From the NCBI GenBank assembly GCA_965237805.1, contig OZ250153.1:1184001-1248000 (forward strand): a DNA stretch of 64,000 nucleotides, in the 5' to 3' direction. The position numbers and the translations under genes were made by a program. Positions 28,070 through 38,391 of the stretch are shown here, piece after piece (position 1 is the stretch's first letter; the number at the start of each line of letters is the position of its first letter). The notes beneath the pieces were generated by a model. That model was not told the DNA's origin and did no database searches. It saw only the letters and a program-made list of their open reading frames with translations. This DNA comes from Gammaproteobacteria bacterium. Lineage in GTDB: Bacteria > Pseudomonadota > Gammaproteobacteria > JABABF01.

Positions 28070-28572
28070 TTGGGAGTAGGGAGCGCAGCTCAGTTGGATA
28101 GAGTGTCGGCCTCCGCAGCCGAAGGTCACAGCTTCGAATCCTGTCGGGCGCGTTGGGAGTAGAGAGCGCAGCATCAGTTGGATAGAGTGTCGGCCCCCGC
28201 AGCCGAAGGTCCCAGCTTCGAATCCTGTCGGGCGCGTTGGGAGTAGGGAGCGCAGCATCAGTTGGATAGAGTGTCGGCCTCCGCAGCCGAAGGTCCCAGC
28301 TTCGAATCCTGTCGGGCGCGTTGGGAGTAGAGAGCGCAGCATCAGTTGGATAGAGTGTCGGCCTCCGCAGCCGAAGGTCCCAGCTTCGAATCCTGTCGGG
28401 CGCGTTGGGAGTAGAGAGCGCAGCATCAGTTGGATAGAGTGTTGGCCTCCGCAGCCGAAGGTCCCAGCTTCGAATCCTGTCGGGCGCGTTGGGAGTAGGG
28501 AGCGCAGCATCAGTTGGATAGAGTGTCGGCCTCCGCAGCCGAAGGTCGCAGCTTCGAATCCTGTCGGGCGCG
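28070..28572 (+). repeat. Six tandem tRNA-derived repeats (83, then 5 x 84 bp)
   Basis: Units start at 28070, 28153, 28237, 28321, 28405 and 28489. Each is TTGGGAGTAGRGAGCGC followed by tRNA positions 9-73 with shared substitutions. Confidence 0.96.
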
Positions 28573-28605
28573 TTGGATCGACTAAGCGCAGCTGACAGTA
28601 GGGTC

Positions 28606-29493
28606 TCAGGGGTGCGTCAGTGCTTGGAAGTCCCCGATCATGTGTTTGAGGCCAACCATCAACGGGGTTTGTGCACGCCAATCGAGCAGTTCCAGTGCGC
28701 GCGATGGGTCGCCGTAGAAGTGCGAAGCATCGAAGCTGCGTTGTGGGGCCTCGACGGCCTTTGCCTTGGAATTGGTCAACTCGATTGCCATATCGGCCAA
28801 GTATCCCAGTGTGGTCGGTACGCCGGTCACCAGCTGGATGGGCGGTGGCAGATCGCCACCATCAAGCAAGTCGACCAGCGTGATCAAGCCTTGTGTCACA
28901 TCGTCGATATACACGAAGTCGAAAGTATGGCCTGCACCCTCGATCTGCAAGTTTGCGCCCTGCAATGCTGCGCACACAAAAGCTGGTACCACGCGGTCAG
29001 GGTGATCCGCCACGCTGCCGTAGACATTGGACAGCCGAATCACTGCCGTGCGCAGGCCAGCTGCGCACGCTTCTTGCGCCAAGTGTTCGCCAGCCACTTT
29101 GCTGTGGCCGTAGACATTGATGGGCCGCAAAGGCGTATCCTCGGTGACGGGCATCTTGTCGGGCTGTCCGTAGACTTCTCGGCTACTCGCGATAATCGCC
29201 CAAGAGCAACTGGTCGCCGCCTGCGCCGCCTGCAGCACATTGCGGGTGCCTTCGACATTAGTCGTGTGGCACTCTTCAGGTCGTTGTTCGCCCCATACCA
29301 CCCTTGAGACCGCACCCAAATGCACCACGCCACGGCAAGCTGCGATGGCGTCTGCCACCGCCGCACGATCGCATATATCATCGCCCTCGCTGAGATCAAA
29401 GGCGCGCACTTCCACGTTGCGCTTGCCCAGCTGCTGGCTCAGCGCGGCGCCGATCAGCCCCCTTGCGCCGGTGATGAGAATCGGGTTACTCAA
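28606..29493 (-). CDS. NAD-dependent nucleotide-sugar epimerase/dehydratase
   Basis: [27 protein letters not shown] and RLSNVYG motifs. Confidence 0.9.
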   Translation of the reverse strand: MSNPILITGARGLIGAALSQQLGKRNVEVRAFDLSEGDDICDRAAVADAIAACRGVVHLGAVSRVVWGEQRPEECHTTNVEGTRNVLQAAQAATSCSWAIIASSREVYGQPDKMPVTEDTPLRPINVYGHSKVAGEHLAQEACAAGLRTAVIRLSNVYGSVADHPDRVVPAFVCAALQGANLQIEGAGHTFDFVYIDDVTQGLITLVDLLDGGDLPPPIQLVTGVPTTLGYLADMAIELTNSKAKAVEAPQRSFDASHFYGDPSRALELLDWRAQTPLMVGLKHMIGDFQALTHP

Positions 29494-29571
29494 AGTGCAG
29501 AGGCCTTGCGCGTACTCGCGCCGTCCATGCGATGCAATTAATCATATCCAAGGAGTTGCTCTGGGGTTTGT

Positions 29572-30768
29572 TCAGAGGCCAAGCGCAACAGCCGACGCGC
29601 TTGCTGCGGCTTCCAGCGCCACTACGCCGGGCAGCTCGCGACCCTCGGCGAATTGCAGAAAAGCGCCGCCGCCAGTAGAGCGATAGGATAGCTGCTCGGC
29701 AATGCCGTACAGCTCGATGGCCGCGAGGGTGTCGCCGCCGCCAGCCAGTGTGAAGCCAGCGCAGTCGGCTGCAGCGCACGCCAGCGCACGGGTGCCAGCG
29801 CTGAAAGCTGGTTTTTCAAACAGTCCCAGCGGGCCATTCCAGATCAAGGTGCCAGCCGTGCCCACCTCGGCTGCCACCTGCGCTGTGCTACTTGCCCCGA
29901 AATCGTAGATGGCCTCTTGGGGTCTGAGCTCGGTGACCTGGCAGCAGCGCGTCTGGGGTGCGTCCTGGCCCTCAGCTACCACCACATCCTTTGGCAGTAG
30001 CAGCTTGTCGCCGAGTGTCCCCGCCAGTGCTTGTGCTTCGTTCACGCAGTCTGGTTCAAACAGCGAGCTGCCGATTTCGTGGCCAGCAGCGGCGAGGAAA
30101 GTGTTGGCGATACCGCCACCGACGATCAGCCGATCCACTTTGGTGGCCAGTCGCCGTAATACCTTCAGCTTGGTCGAGATTTTGGCACCGCCGATCACTG
30201 CCACTATTGGCTTTGCCGGTGCGCTAAAAGCGCGCTCCAAGGCGACCAGCTCGGCCCTCAACAGCGGCCCAGCACAGGCCGCTAGGGCGTGTCCTGCGAT
30301 ACCGCAGGTCGAAGCGTGGGCACGGTGGGCAGTGGCGAAAGCATCCATGACGAAGATGTCCCCCAGCGCCGCGAGGCGGCGTGCCAGCGTTGGATTGTTG
30401 TCGGTTTCCCCGGCCAAGAAGCGCACATTTTCTAACAGGGCGACGCTTCCCGGCGTACAGTGCCATGCGGCCATCTCTGCATGCGGCACCAGTGGCACCT
30501 CCCGTCCCAGCATTTGTCCCAGCCAGCTGGCCACTGGGGCGAGGCTGAAAGCGGCGTTATCCGCTGCCGATGCCTGAGGTCGCGGGCGTCCCAAATGCGA
30601 CATCAACAGCGCGCCTGCACCACCGGCCAAGGCCGTGCGCACCGTTGGCAAAGCTGCCTCGAGGCGCGTTGCGGAGCCTATCGTCCCGTCGCTGTTCAGC
30701 GGCACATTGAAATCCATACGGATCACCAAGCATTTGCCAGCTGTCGGCACTTCGCTCAGATGGAGCAC
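29572..30768 (-). CDS. pgk: Phosphoglycerate kinase
   Basis: RMDFNVP, SHLGRP, LENVRF, AHRAHAS, WNGPLG.FE, GGGDT and STGGGAFL motifs. Confidence 0.97.
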   Translation of the reverse strand: MLHLSEVPTAGKCLVIRMDFNVPLNSDGTIGSATRLEAALPTVRTALAGGAGALLMSHLGRPRPQASAADNAAFSLAPVASWLGQMLGREVPLVPHAEMAAWHCTPGSVALLENVRFLAGETDNNPTLARRLAALGDIFVMDAFATAHRAHASTCGIAGHALAACAGPLLRAELVALERAFSAPAKPIVAVIGGAKISTKLKVLRRLATKVDRLIVGGGIANTFLAAAGHEIGSSLFEPDCVNEAQALAGTLGDKLLLPKDVVVAEGQDAPQTRCCQVTELRPQEAIYDFGASSTAQVAAEVGTAGTLIWNGPLGLFEKPAFSAGTRALACAAADCAGFTLAGGGDTLAAIELYGIAEQLSYRSTGGGAFLQFAEGRELPGVVALEAAASASAVALGL

Positions 30769-30777
30769 GGTGCGTCG

Positions 30778-31824
30778 CTATGCTGATTTATCGGCGGCGG
30801 TCATGACGCGAGCCAATTCCAGTACGCGGTTGGCGTAGCTCCACTCACTATCGAACCACAGTAGCAGTTTCAGCAGGGTGCCGCCGATCACTTGGGTCTG
30901 GGTCGCATCGACGATGGCGGAATGGATGCGGTGGCAGAAGTCGATGGAGACCAGTGGCTCCTCACTGTAATCCAAGCTGCCGGACAGCGCCCCACTGGCC
31001 GCTGTTGCCAGCAGCTGGTTGGCAGCTGCGACATCGGTGTCACGGGCCAGCTGCAAGACCATGTCCATGGCCGATGCGTACAGCATGGGCAAGCGCATGG
31101 CGGTGGCGACGAAGCGCCCGGCCAGCCGTGGCAACACGCGACCGATGCCCTGTGCCAGACCGGTGTACACCGGTGCCAGTGAGCTGCTGGCGCGATTCTT
31201 GCGCAGCTCTTGCCCATCGCGATAGGCATCGAGTACAGCCTGGTCGTTCATCGCCGCGTGCAAGGTGGTGATCAGACCGTGCTCCACGCCCAGCGCCCGG
31301 TCGATCACATCGATCACCGGTGCCACCGCATGGGTGGTGCAGGAGGCGCAGGACACGATGTCGCCAGCAGTCGCCAGCGCCTCGCTGTTGACGCCGAGGA
31401 CGATGGCGGGTAGCTCCGCCACGCCGGGTTGGGACAGCAACAGTCGTTGGCTACCTGCTGTCAGATGACCGCCCAGTATTTCGCGCCCTGCGGCTTGGCC
31501 GCTGCACTCAAGCACCAGCTCGACTTCCAATTCAGCCCACGGCAAGTGCTCTGCCTGCCGCTCGCGGCACAGTTGCACGATGTCGCCATCGATGCACAGG
31601 TGGTTTGGGTCGTCGACTGCCACGGTGGTGTCAAAGCGCCCGTGGACGGAGTCGTGGCGCGTCAACTGCGCCATCGCTGCCGCCGTCGCCGCCGGAGCCG
31701 GTTCGTTGATGGCCACCACTTGCAATGCTTCACGGTGGCCTTGCTCGTAGAGCGCACGCAACACGCAACGCCCGATGCGCCCGTAGCCGCTGATGGCGAT
31801 GCGGGCAGCTGGGTGGGCGCTCAC
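30778..31824 (-). CDS. epd: Erythrose-4-phosphate dehydrogenase (GAPDH family)
   Basis: GYGRIGR.VLRALYE, SCASCTT, HAAMNDQ.VLDAY and WFDSEWSYANR motifs; tkt-epd-pgk order. Confidence 0.85.
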   Translation of the reverse strand: MSAHPAARIAISGYGRIGRCVLRALYEQGHREALQVVAINEPAPAATAAAMAQLTRHDSVHGRFDTTVAVDDPNHLCIDGDIVQLCRERQAEHLPWAELEVELVLECSGQAAGREILGGHLTAGSQRLLLSQPGVAELPAIVLGVNSEALATAGDIVSCASCTTHAVAPVIDVIDRALGVEHGLITTLHAAMNDQAVLDAYRDGQELRKNRASSSLAPVYTGLAQGIGRVLPRLAGRFVATAMRLPMLYASAMDMVLQLARDTDVAAANQLLATAASGALSGSLDYSEEPLVSIDFCHRIHSAIVDATQTQVIGGTLLKLLLWFDSEWSYANRVLELARVMTAADKSA

Positions 31825-31899
31825 GGCTGTCGTAGCAGAATCTGCTCTGCGGTCGTGCCTGCCGGCGATTGACTACTCACGCGGCCCCGGCATCCAGTA

Positions 31900-33990
31900 C
31901 TAAGCCGCCAGCAGCTGGCGCAATTGGGCGGTGACCGCCTTGACGCTGAAGCCGAAATGCTCCAGTACCTCCGCCCCGGGGCCAGAGGCACCAAAGCGGT
32001 CGATGGCAATGATGTGCCCGCTGTTGCCAGCATATTTATGCCAACCGAATGAGCTGCCCGCCTCGACCACCAAGCGGCGGGTGACGGCAGCTGGTAGCAC
32101 CATTTCCCGGTAGTCCTCGCTTTGGCTGTCAAAGACATCGGTCGATGGCATCGAGACGACGCGCACACGCCGCGGTTTTTTGCGCTCCGCCATCGCTTGA
32201 GCGGCGGCGATGGCCAGTGGGACTTCCGAGCCGGTGGCGATGACCAGTGCCTCGGGCAGCCCTTCTCCCGGCGGTTCCCAGAGGGTGTAGCCCCCTTGCG
32301 CCACGGCTTCCACTTGGCTTTTAGTGCGGGCTTGTAACGGCAAGGCCTGCCGTGTCAGCACCAGTGCTGTCGGCCCCTCGTGGCGCTCCACGGTGGCGCG
32401 CCACGCAGCGGCGGTTTCGACCAAATCGCAAGGTCGCCATGTCGAAATATTAGGTGTCGCACGCAACATTGCCAGATGTTCCACTGGCTGGTGGGTTGGA
32501 CCATCCTCGCCCAGCGCGATGGAATCGTGGGTGTAGATCAAAGCACAGCGGCAGCCCATCATCGCCGCCATGCGCACGGCGCTACGGGTGTAGTCCGAGA
32601 ACACGAGGAAAGTGCCGCCGTAGGGCAGGAAGCCGCCGTGGAGTGCAAGCCCGTTGAGAGTGGTCGTCATGCCGAATTCGCGCGCACCAAAATGGATGTA
32701 GTTGCCGCCGTTGCGTTCGCCGTTGGTGACCACGTTGCTACCGGACCAGCGGGTGTTGTTGGAGGAGCTGAGGTCGGCCGAGCCGCCGATCAACTCCGGC
32801 AATAGCGGGCCATAGTGTTCCAAGCACTGTCCCGAGGCTTGGCGAGTGGCGATGGACTCCCCGCTCTGCTGGCATCGGTAGATGAATTCAGCGGCCTCTT
32901 CGGAGAAGCCGATCGGCAGTTCGCCTGTCAGTCGGCGTAGCAATTCGCTGTGCAGATTGGGGTGTTTCTTGCCGTAGAGCGCCAGCATTTTTTCCCACCG
33001 CTCGCGCACCGTGCGTCCTTGGCGCGTTGCCAGCCACGCTTGCTGTATGGCTTTGGGCACCATGAATGGCGGTTCATTCCAACCCAGCGCCTCGCGCGTT
33101 TGCGCCACTTCGCTCTCACCCAGCGGTCCGCCGTGGGTGGAGGCTGAACCCTGCTTGTTGGGTGCGCCGCGACCGATGACAGTCTTGCAACAGATCATGC
33201 TCGGCGTATCGTTTTGTTCGCGCGACTCGCGGATTGCCTCGCGGAGCGCCTGCGGGTCGTGCCCATCCACTTCGTCGATCACATGCCACCCGTAGGCGCG
33301 GAAGCGCATCGGCGTGTCGTCCGAGAACCAGCCGCGCACACAACCGTCGATAGAGATGCCGTTGTCATCGTAGCAAGCGATCAGTTTGCCGAGGCCCAGC
33401 CGTCCTGCCAGCGAGGCGGATTCATGGGAGATTCCCTCCATCAGGCAGCCGTCGCCGAGGAACACATAGGTGTAGTGGTCGATGATCGGGAAGCGGGAGC
33501 GGTTGAACTTTGTTGCCAGCACTTTCTCGGCCAAGGCCATGCCGACGGCATTGGCAAAGCCTTGTCCCAGCGGGCCGGTGGTGGTCTCGACACCGGGTGT
33601 CATTCCGTATTCTGGGTGGCCGGGCGTGCGTTGGTGCAGTTGGCGGAAATTTCGCAGCTCGTCGATGGAAAGATCGTAGCCGCTCAAATGTAACAGCGAG
33701 TAGAGCAGCATCGAGCCGTGGCCATTGGAGAGCACGAAGCGGTCACGGTTCGGCCATTGTGGCCGCGATGGGTCGTGTTGCAGGAATTCGCGCCACAGCA
33801 CTGTGGCGATGTCGGCCATGCCCATCGGCATGCCGGGATGGCCACTGCGTGCCGCCTGCACCGCGTCCATCGACAGGGCACGGATGGCGTTGCTCAGCTC
33901 GAAATGGTGCGGCACTTGTTGGGTATGTGGGCGCGTCACGACGACGCGACCAGATGCTGGAGCGGGGCGCTTGACAGGTTGCGACGACAT
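31900..33990 (-). CDS. tkt: Transketolase
   Basis: SGHPGMPMG, RDRFVLSNGHGS, GDGCLMEG and THDSIALGEDGPTHQP motifs. Confidence 0.98.
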   Translation of the reverse strand: MSSQPVKRPAPASGRVVVTRPHTQQVPHHFELSNAIRALSMDAVQAARSGHPGMPMGMADIATVLWREFLQHDPSRPQWPNRDRFVLSNGHGSMLLYSLLHLSGYDLSIDELRNFRQLHQRTPGHPEYGMTPGVETTTGPLGQGFANAVGMALAEKVLATKFNRSRFPIIDHYTYVFLGDGCLMEGISHESASLAGRLGLGKLIACYDDNGISIDGCVRGWFSDDTPMRFRAYGWHVIDEVDGHDPQALREAIRESREQNDTPSMICCKTVIGRGAPNKQGSASTHGGPLGESEVAQTREALGWNEPPFMVPKAIQQAWLATRQGRTVRERWEKMLALYGKKHPNLHSELLRRLTGELPIGFSEEAAEFIYRCQQSGESIATRQASGQCLEHYGPLLPELIGGSADLSSSNNTRWSGSNVVTNGERNGGNYIHFGAREFGMTTTLNGLALHGGFLPYGGTFLVFSDYTRSAVRMAAMMGCRCALIYTHDSIALGEDGPTHQPVEHLAMLRATPNISTWRPCDLVETAAAWRATVERHEGPTALVLTRQALPLQARTKSQVEAVAQGGYTLWEPPGEGLPEALVIATGSEVPLAIAAAQAMAERKKPRRVRVVSMPSTDVFDSQSEDYREMVLPAAVTRRLVVEAGSSFGWHKYAGNSGHIIAIDRFGASGPGAEVLEHFGFSVKAVTAQLRQLLAA

Positions 33991-34038
33991 CTGATTTGGC
34001 GCTTGACAGCCCTGCGTTGGGGTGGGCGTTGAAAATGA

Positions 34039-34044
34039 TATACT
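34039..34044 (+). promoter_or_regulatory. Candidate -10 element (TATACT) for the metK-ahcY-metF operon
   Basis: TATACT in an AT-rich patch about 137 bp upstream of metK. No well-spaced -35 is seen. Confidence 0.4.
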
Positions 34045-34180
34045 AAAATCTCAATGCGCAATCATGGTGGCCGCTTAGTCACGCATTGCAAGAGCGGTGC
34101 AACTGTGGTTGCCATTCCGTGATTCTGGGCGATATCGACTGTCGGCAGGGCACCATAAACCTACCGCAGACCCAAGTGTT

Positions 34181-35371
34181 ATGTCGAACAGCAGTTTGTT
34201 CACCTCGGAATCGGTTGCTGAGGGACATCCCGACAAAGTCGCCGATCAAGTTTCAGATGCCTTGTTGGATCATCTGCTGGCAGGCGACCCGGATTCACGC
34301 GTCGCGCTAGAAACCTTGGTCAAATCGGATATCGTGGTCATCGCCGGTGAGGTGCGGAGCGGGGCCGACCTGAGCGACGAGGTGTTGGAAGCGGTGGTGC
34401 GCGATACGGTGACGGGCATCGGCTATGACAACGAGGCGGTGGGACTGGATGGTCGCCATTGCCGCATTCTGAACTTCATCGGTGCGCAGTCGGTGGATAT
34501 TGCCGCAGGTGTCGATGCCGACGCAGAGCGGGGCAAGGACCAAGGGGCTGGCGATCAGGGCATGATGTATGGCTATGCCAGCGATGAGACCGAATCGCTC
34601 ATGCCAGCACCGATCCATTATGCCCATGCCTTGGTGCGCCGCCAAGCCGAGTGTCGTCACAGTGGAGTGTTGGGCTGGTTGCGGCCAGATGCCAAAAGCC
34701 AAGTCAGCGTGCGCTACGAGCAGGGTTGTCCGGTGGCGATCGATACCGTGGTGCTGTCGACGCAACACGATCCCGATGTCGACATAGCGACCGTGCGCGA
34801 GGCCGTGCGCGAGGAGATCATCGCCCCGATATTGCCAGCCGAGTGGCTCGGTGCCGACACCCGCTATCACATTAATCCAACCGGTCGCTTTGTCGTCGGC
34901 GGGCCGGTGGGGGACTGCGGGCTGACCGGTCGCAAAATCATCGTCGACAGCTATGGCGGCATGGCGCGCCACGGCGGCGGCGCATTCTCCGGTAAGGATC
35001 CGTCCAAGGTCGATCGCTCGGCTGCCTATATGGCACGCTATGTGGCCTGCAATGTGGTGCGCGCCGGTTTGGCTCGTCGCTGCGAGCTGCAATTGTCCTA
35101 TGCCATCGGCATCGCCGAGCCGGTGTCGGTGGTGGTGGACAGTTTTGGCACCGGCGTGTTGTCGGACACGCGCTTGGCTGACTTGGTGCGCGAGCATTTC
35201 CCGTTGCGTCCGGCAGCGTTGACGCGGGCGTTGGATTTGACGCGGCAACGCTATCTGCCAGTGGCCGCCTACGGCCATTTCGGTCGACCGGAATTGGCAT
35301 TGCCGTGGGAGGACACGCGACCGGCTGCCGCACTGGCTGAGGCGGCAGGGGGTGTCGCCCCCGGACCATGA
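34181..35371 (+). CDS. metK: S-adenosylmethionine synthetase
   Basis: [29 protein letters not shown] and [16 protein letters not shown] motifs. Confidence 0.98.
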   Translation: MSNSSLFTSESVAEGHPDKVADQVSDALLDHLLAGDPDSRVALETLVKSDIVVIAGEVRSGADLSDEVLEAVVRDTVTGIGYDNEAVGLDGRHCRILNFIGAQSVDIAAGVDADAERGKDQGAGDQGMMYGYASDETESLMPAPIHYAHALVRRQAECRHSGVLGWLRPDAKSQVSVRYEQGCPVAIDTVVLSTQHDPDVDIATVREAVREEIIAPILPAEWLGADTRYHINPTGRFVVGGPVGDCGLTGRKIIVDSYGGMARHGGGAFSGKDPSKVDRSAAYMARYVACNVVRAGLARRCELQLSYAIGIAEPVSVVVDSFGTGVLSDTRLADLVREHFPLRPAALTRALDLTRQRYLPVAAYGHFGRPELALPWEDTRPAAALAEAAGGVAPGP

Positions 35372-36735
35372 GCGGCACCGGAGATTATCGCGTCGCCGAT
35401 CTGTCTTTGGCCGACTGGGGGCGGCGTGAAATCGAGCTGGCCGAGACCGAGATGCCAGCACTGATGTCGTTGCGCGCACGCTATCGCGCCGAGCAGCCAT
35501 TGGCTGGTGCCCGCATTATGGGTTGCATTCACATGACAGTGCAGACCGCTGTTTTGGTCGAGAGCTTGCAGGACTTGGGTGCCGAGCTGCGCTGGTCCTC
35601 TTGCAATATCTTCTCGACCCAAGATCACGCCGCTGCCGCGCTGGCCGCCAACGGTGTGCCGGTCTTCGCCTGGAAGGGCGAGACCGAAGAGGAGTACCTG
35701 TGGTGCATAGAGCAGACCATCCTGCATGATGGTGAGCCGTGGGGTGCCAACATGGTGCTGGATGATGGCGGCGACTTGAGCGAGCTGCTCCACACTCGCT
35801 TCCCCGAGCTGCTGGCAAGTGTGCATGGCATCAGCGAAGAAACCACGACTGGGGTGCGCCGCTTGGAGCAGATGCTGGCGCGGGGCGAGCTGCGGGTGCC
35901 GGTGATCAATGTCAACGATGCCGTCACCAAGTCCAAGAACGACAACCGCTATGGCTGTCGGCACGGCCTCAGCGATGCCATCAAGCGAGCTACCGACCAT
36001 CTGCTAGCTAGCAAGCGTGCGCTGGTGATGGGTTACGGCGATGTCGGCAAAGGCGCGGCTCAATCTCTGCGCCAAGAAGGCGCGGTGGTGCGTGTTAGCG
36101 AGGTGGATCCGATCTGCGCGATGCAGGCTTGCATGGATGGCTACGAAGTGGTTTCGCCCTATGTCGGCGGTGTCAACACCGGTAACGATGACTGCGTCAA
36201 CCGAGCTTTGCTCGGTGCCACCGACTTGCTGGTGACGGCGACTGGCAATGTCAATGTCTGCGACCGGCTCGTGCTGTCGGCACTCAAACTCTATGCCGTG
36301 GTCTGCAACATCGGCCATTTCGACCACGAGATCGATGTCGCCTTCATGCGCAAGCAATGGCGCTGGGAAGAGATCAAGCCGCAGGTGCACCGCATCTATC
36401 GTGCGGACAACGATTTTCTGCTGCTGTTGTCCGAGGGGAGGCTGGCCAATTTGGGCAATGCCACAGGGCATCCCTCACGCATCATGGACGGCTCTTTTGC
36501 CAATCAATTGCTGGCGCAGATGCATTTGTTCGCGCAGGGTTATGCCGATTGCCCACCTGAGGAGCAGCGGCGGCTGTTGCGGGTCGAGGTATTGCCGCGC
36601 ACACTGGACGAAGAGGTCGCACGTCATATGGTGGCCGGCTTTGGTGGCATGATGACCCAGCTCAGCGCTGAGCAGAGCGACTACTTGGATATCCAAGTAG
36701 AGGGTCCGTTCAAGGGCGATGCCTACAAATATTGA
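35368..36735 (+). CDS. ahcY: Adenosylhomocysteinase
   Basis: [38 protein letters not shown] and [10 protein letters not shown] motifs. Confidence 0.98.
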   Translation: MSGTGDYRVADLSLADWGRREIELAETEMPALMSLRARYRAEQPLAGARIMGCIHMTVQTAVLVESLQDLGAELRWSSCNIFSTQDHAAAALAANGVPVFAWKGETEEEYLWCIEQTILHDGEPWGANMVLDDGGDLSELLHTRFPELLASVHGISEETTTGVRRLEQMLARGELRVPVINVNDAVTKSKNDNRYGCRHGLSDAIKRATDHLLASKRALVMGYGDVGKGAAQSLRQEGAVVRVSEVDPICAMQACMDGYEVVSPYVGGVNTGNDDCVNRALLGATDLLVTATGNVNVCDRLVLSALKLYAVVCNIGHFDHEIDVAFMRKQWRWEEIKPQVHRIYRADNDFLLLLSEGRLANLGNATGHPSRIMDGSFANQLLAQMHLFAQGYADCPPEEQRRLLRVEVLPRTLDEEVARHMVAGFGGMMTQLSAEQSDYLDIQVEGPFKGDAYKY

Positions 36736-37606
36736 GGGTGGCGAGCGCACGGGGGATGCACGCTCTCGCCCACCGCTGAGCTTTGAGTTCTTCCCGCCGC
36801 GCAGCGAGGCGGGTAGCCGCGACTTGGACGCTACACGTCGCAGCTTGGCCGCCTTTGAGCCGGAGCTGTTTTCGGTCACCTACGGTGCTGGCGGGAGCAC
36901 TTTTGATGGCACCCGGGATACCGTGCGGGCGATACGCAATGATGGGCACCGCGTGGCACCTCATCTGTCGCTCAGCACCGGATCGGTGGATGGCGAGCGC
37001 ATCGGGGAGTTGCTGGACGACTACCGCGACCTAGGGGTACGTGATCTGGTGGCGTTGCGCGGCGATGCGCCAGCGGCCGGGCGCGGACCGGTGCAGCACT
37101 ATGCCGAAGAACTGGTGCGCTTCATTCGCGAGCGCACCGGGGATCATTTCCGCATCGCTGTCGCGGCCTATCCCGAGTGCCATCCGGACAGCGCTGACAT
37201 GGCGACGGAGTTGCGCTTTTTGCGAAGCAAATTGGAGGCCGGTGCCGATCTGATGATCACCCAATTTTTCTTCAATAGCGATGCGTATTTCTATTTCCGC
37301 GATGCGCTGTGCCGTCTCGGTATCGAGCAACCGATACGCCCGGGCATCATGCCGCTGAGCAATCCTGAGCAGCTGTACCGCTTTGCCGCACGCTGTGGAG
37401 CCGATGTGCCGCATTGGTTGCGCGCCCAGTTGGACCACCGCGCCAGCGACGCTGCGGGGTGCGCTGAATTCGGCACCGAATTCATCACCGGAATGTGTCG
37501 TCGCCTGCTCGATGGCGGGGCACCGGGATTGCATTTCTACACCCTGAATCGGGCCGACGCGAGCGCCGAGATTTGCCGCCGCTTGGCCTGCTGGGGCGCT
37601 GGTTGA
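36719..37606 (+). CDS. metF: 5,10-methylenetetrahydrofolate reductase
   Basis: [33 protein letters not shown] and GLHFYTLN motifs. Confidence 0.96.
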   Translation: MPTNIEGGERTGDARSRPPLSFEFFPPRSEAGSRDLDATRRSLAAFEPELFSVTYGAGGSTFDGTRDTVRAIRNDGHRVAPHLSLSTGSVDGERIGELLDDYRDLGVRDLVALRGDAPAAGRGPVQHYAEELVRFIRERTGDHFRIAVAAYPECHPDSADMATELRFLRSKLEAGADLMITQFFFNSDAYFYFRDALCRLGIEQPIRPGIMPLSNPEQLYRFAARCGADVPHWLRAQLDHRASDAAGCAEFGTEFITGMCRRLLDGGAPGLHFYTLNRADASAEICRRLACWGAG

Positions 37607-37650
37607 GCTGCGGGTTGCGCGGCGCGAGCTGAAACCGGAAAATTTGGACA

Positions 37651-38361
37651 GTGCGCCACCCACGGATCTACACCGATCAGGCGCTGGCCAGCGGTGAGTG
37701 CCTGCGCTTGGAAGAGGGCGCATCGCGTCATCTGAGCCTCGTATTGCGCCAGCGCGTCGGCGACACCCTGATCTTGTTCAATGGCAGGGGTGGCGAATAC
37801 AGCGCTCGTGTACTCGATGTCGATGACAAGAATGCGATGGTCGAGGTGGAGCTCGGCAGCTTCGACGATGTCAGCCGCGAGTCGTCGCACCATGTGCATG
37901 TGGGCGCTCCAGTGCTGCGCGGTGCGCGCATGGATTTCCTGATCCAAAAGGCGGTGGAGTTGGGTGTCGCGGAATTGAGTTTGTTGCACTGTGAGCACGG
38001 CGGGACGGCGAGCCCGCGCCGGTCGCGCTGGTTGCAACAGATCGTCCATGCCTGTGAGCAGAGTGGCCGCACGCGGCTACCCATCTTGCACGCTCCGGTG
38101 CTGTTGGCGGATTGGTTGGCAGGGGTGGAGGCAGAGCGGCGGTTGTTGCTGTGTCCTCTGGGAGAGCCGCAACTGCTGCCGTTGCCGCCGCAGCGCGTCG
38201 CGTTGTTGTCCGGTCCCGAGGGAGGCTGGTCGACAGCCGAGCGCGAGGCGGCGTTGGCAGCGGGTTTTATCGCCTGGCGCTTGGGGCGGCGTGTGTTGCG
38301 TGCGGAGACAGCGCCGCTGGCGGCACTGGCGGCACTGGAGCAGCTGTCGGTTGCGGTCTGA
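37651..38361 (+). CDS. rsmE: 16S rRNA m3U1498 methyltransferase
   Basis: HL..VLR, IQKAVELGV, ACEQSGR, GPEGG and LG.RVLRAETA motifs. Confidence 0.95.
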   Translation: MRHPRIYTDQALASGECLRLEEGASRHLSLVLRQRVGDTLILFNGRGGEYSARVLDVDDKNAMVEVELGSFDDVSRESSHHVHVGAPVLRGARMDFLIQKAVELGVAELSLLHCEHGGTASPRRSRWLQQIVHACEQSGRTRLPILHAPVLLADWLAGVEAERRLLLCPLGEPQLLPLPPQRVALLSGPEGGWSTAEREAALAAGFIAWRLGRRVLRAETAPLAALAALEQLSVAV

Positions 38362-38391
38362 AGCCGTCTGCCGCTGCGTTCGCGCCTGCTT

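Noticed and set aside
28070-28572. CRISPR array
   Set aside because: Units are near-identical along their whole length with no unique spacers, they derive from the tRNA, and no cas genes are present.
28070-28572. Six extra functional tRNA genes
   Set aside because: There is no complementary 5' acceptor strand, and U8, purine 37 and G53 are mutated.
28043-28681. 212-aa minus-strand ORF with 28-aa repeats ([28 protein letters not shown]) as a RiPP precursor or repeat protein
   Set aside because: It is the antisense translation of tRNA sequence, open because the period is 84 bp. No modifying enzymes are nearby. Only proteomics could rescue it.
34085-34160. Canonical SAH or SAM-II riboswitch
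   Set aside because: Only a partial core match. The CCAGGCUC and 3' pseudoknot elements of the SAH riboswitch and the SAM-II loop motifs are not visible. Kept only as a speculative finding.
34307-36000. Long antisense ORFs over metK/ahcY and similar shadow ORFs across the window
   Set aside because: Expected in high-GC DNA; they overlap well-supported genes and show no motifs.
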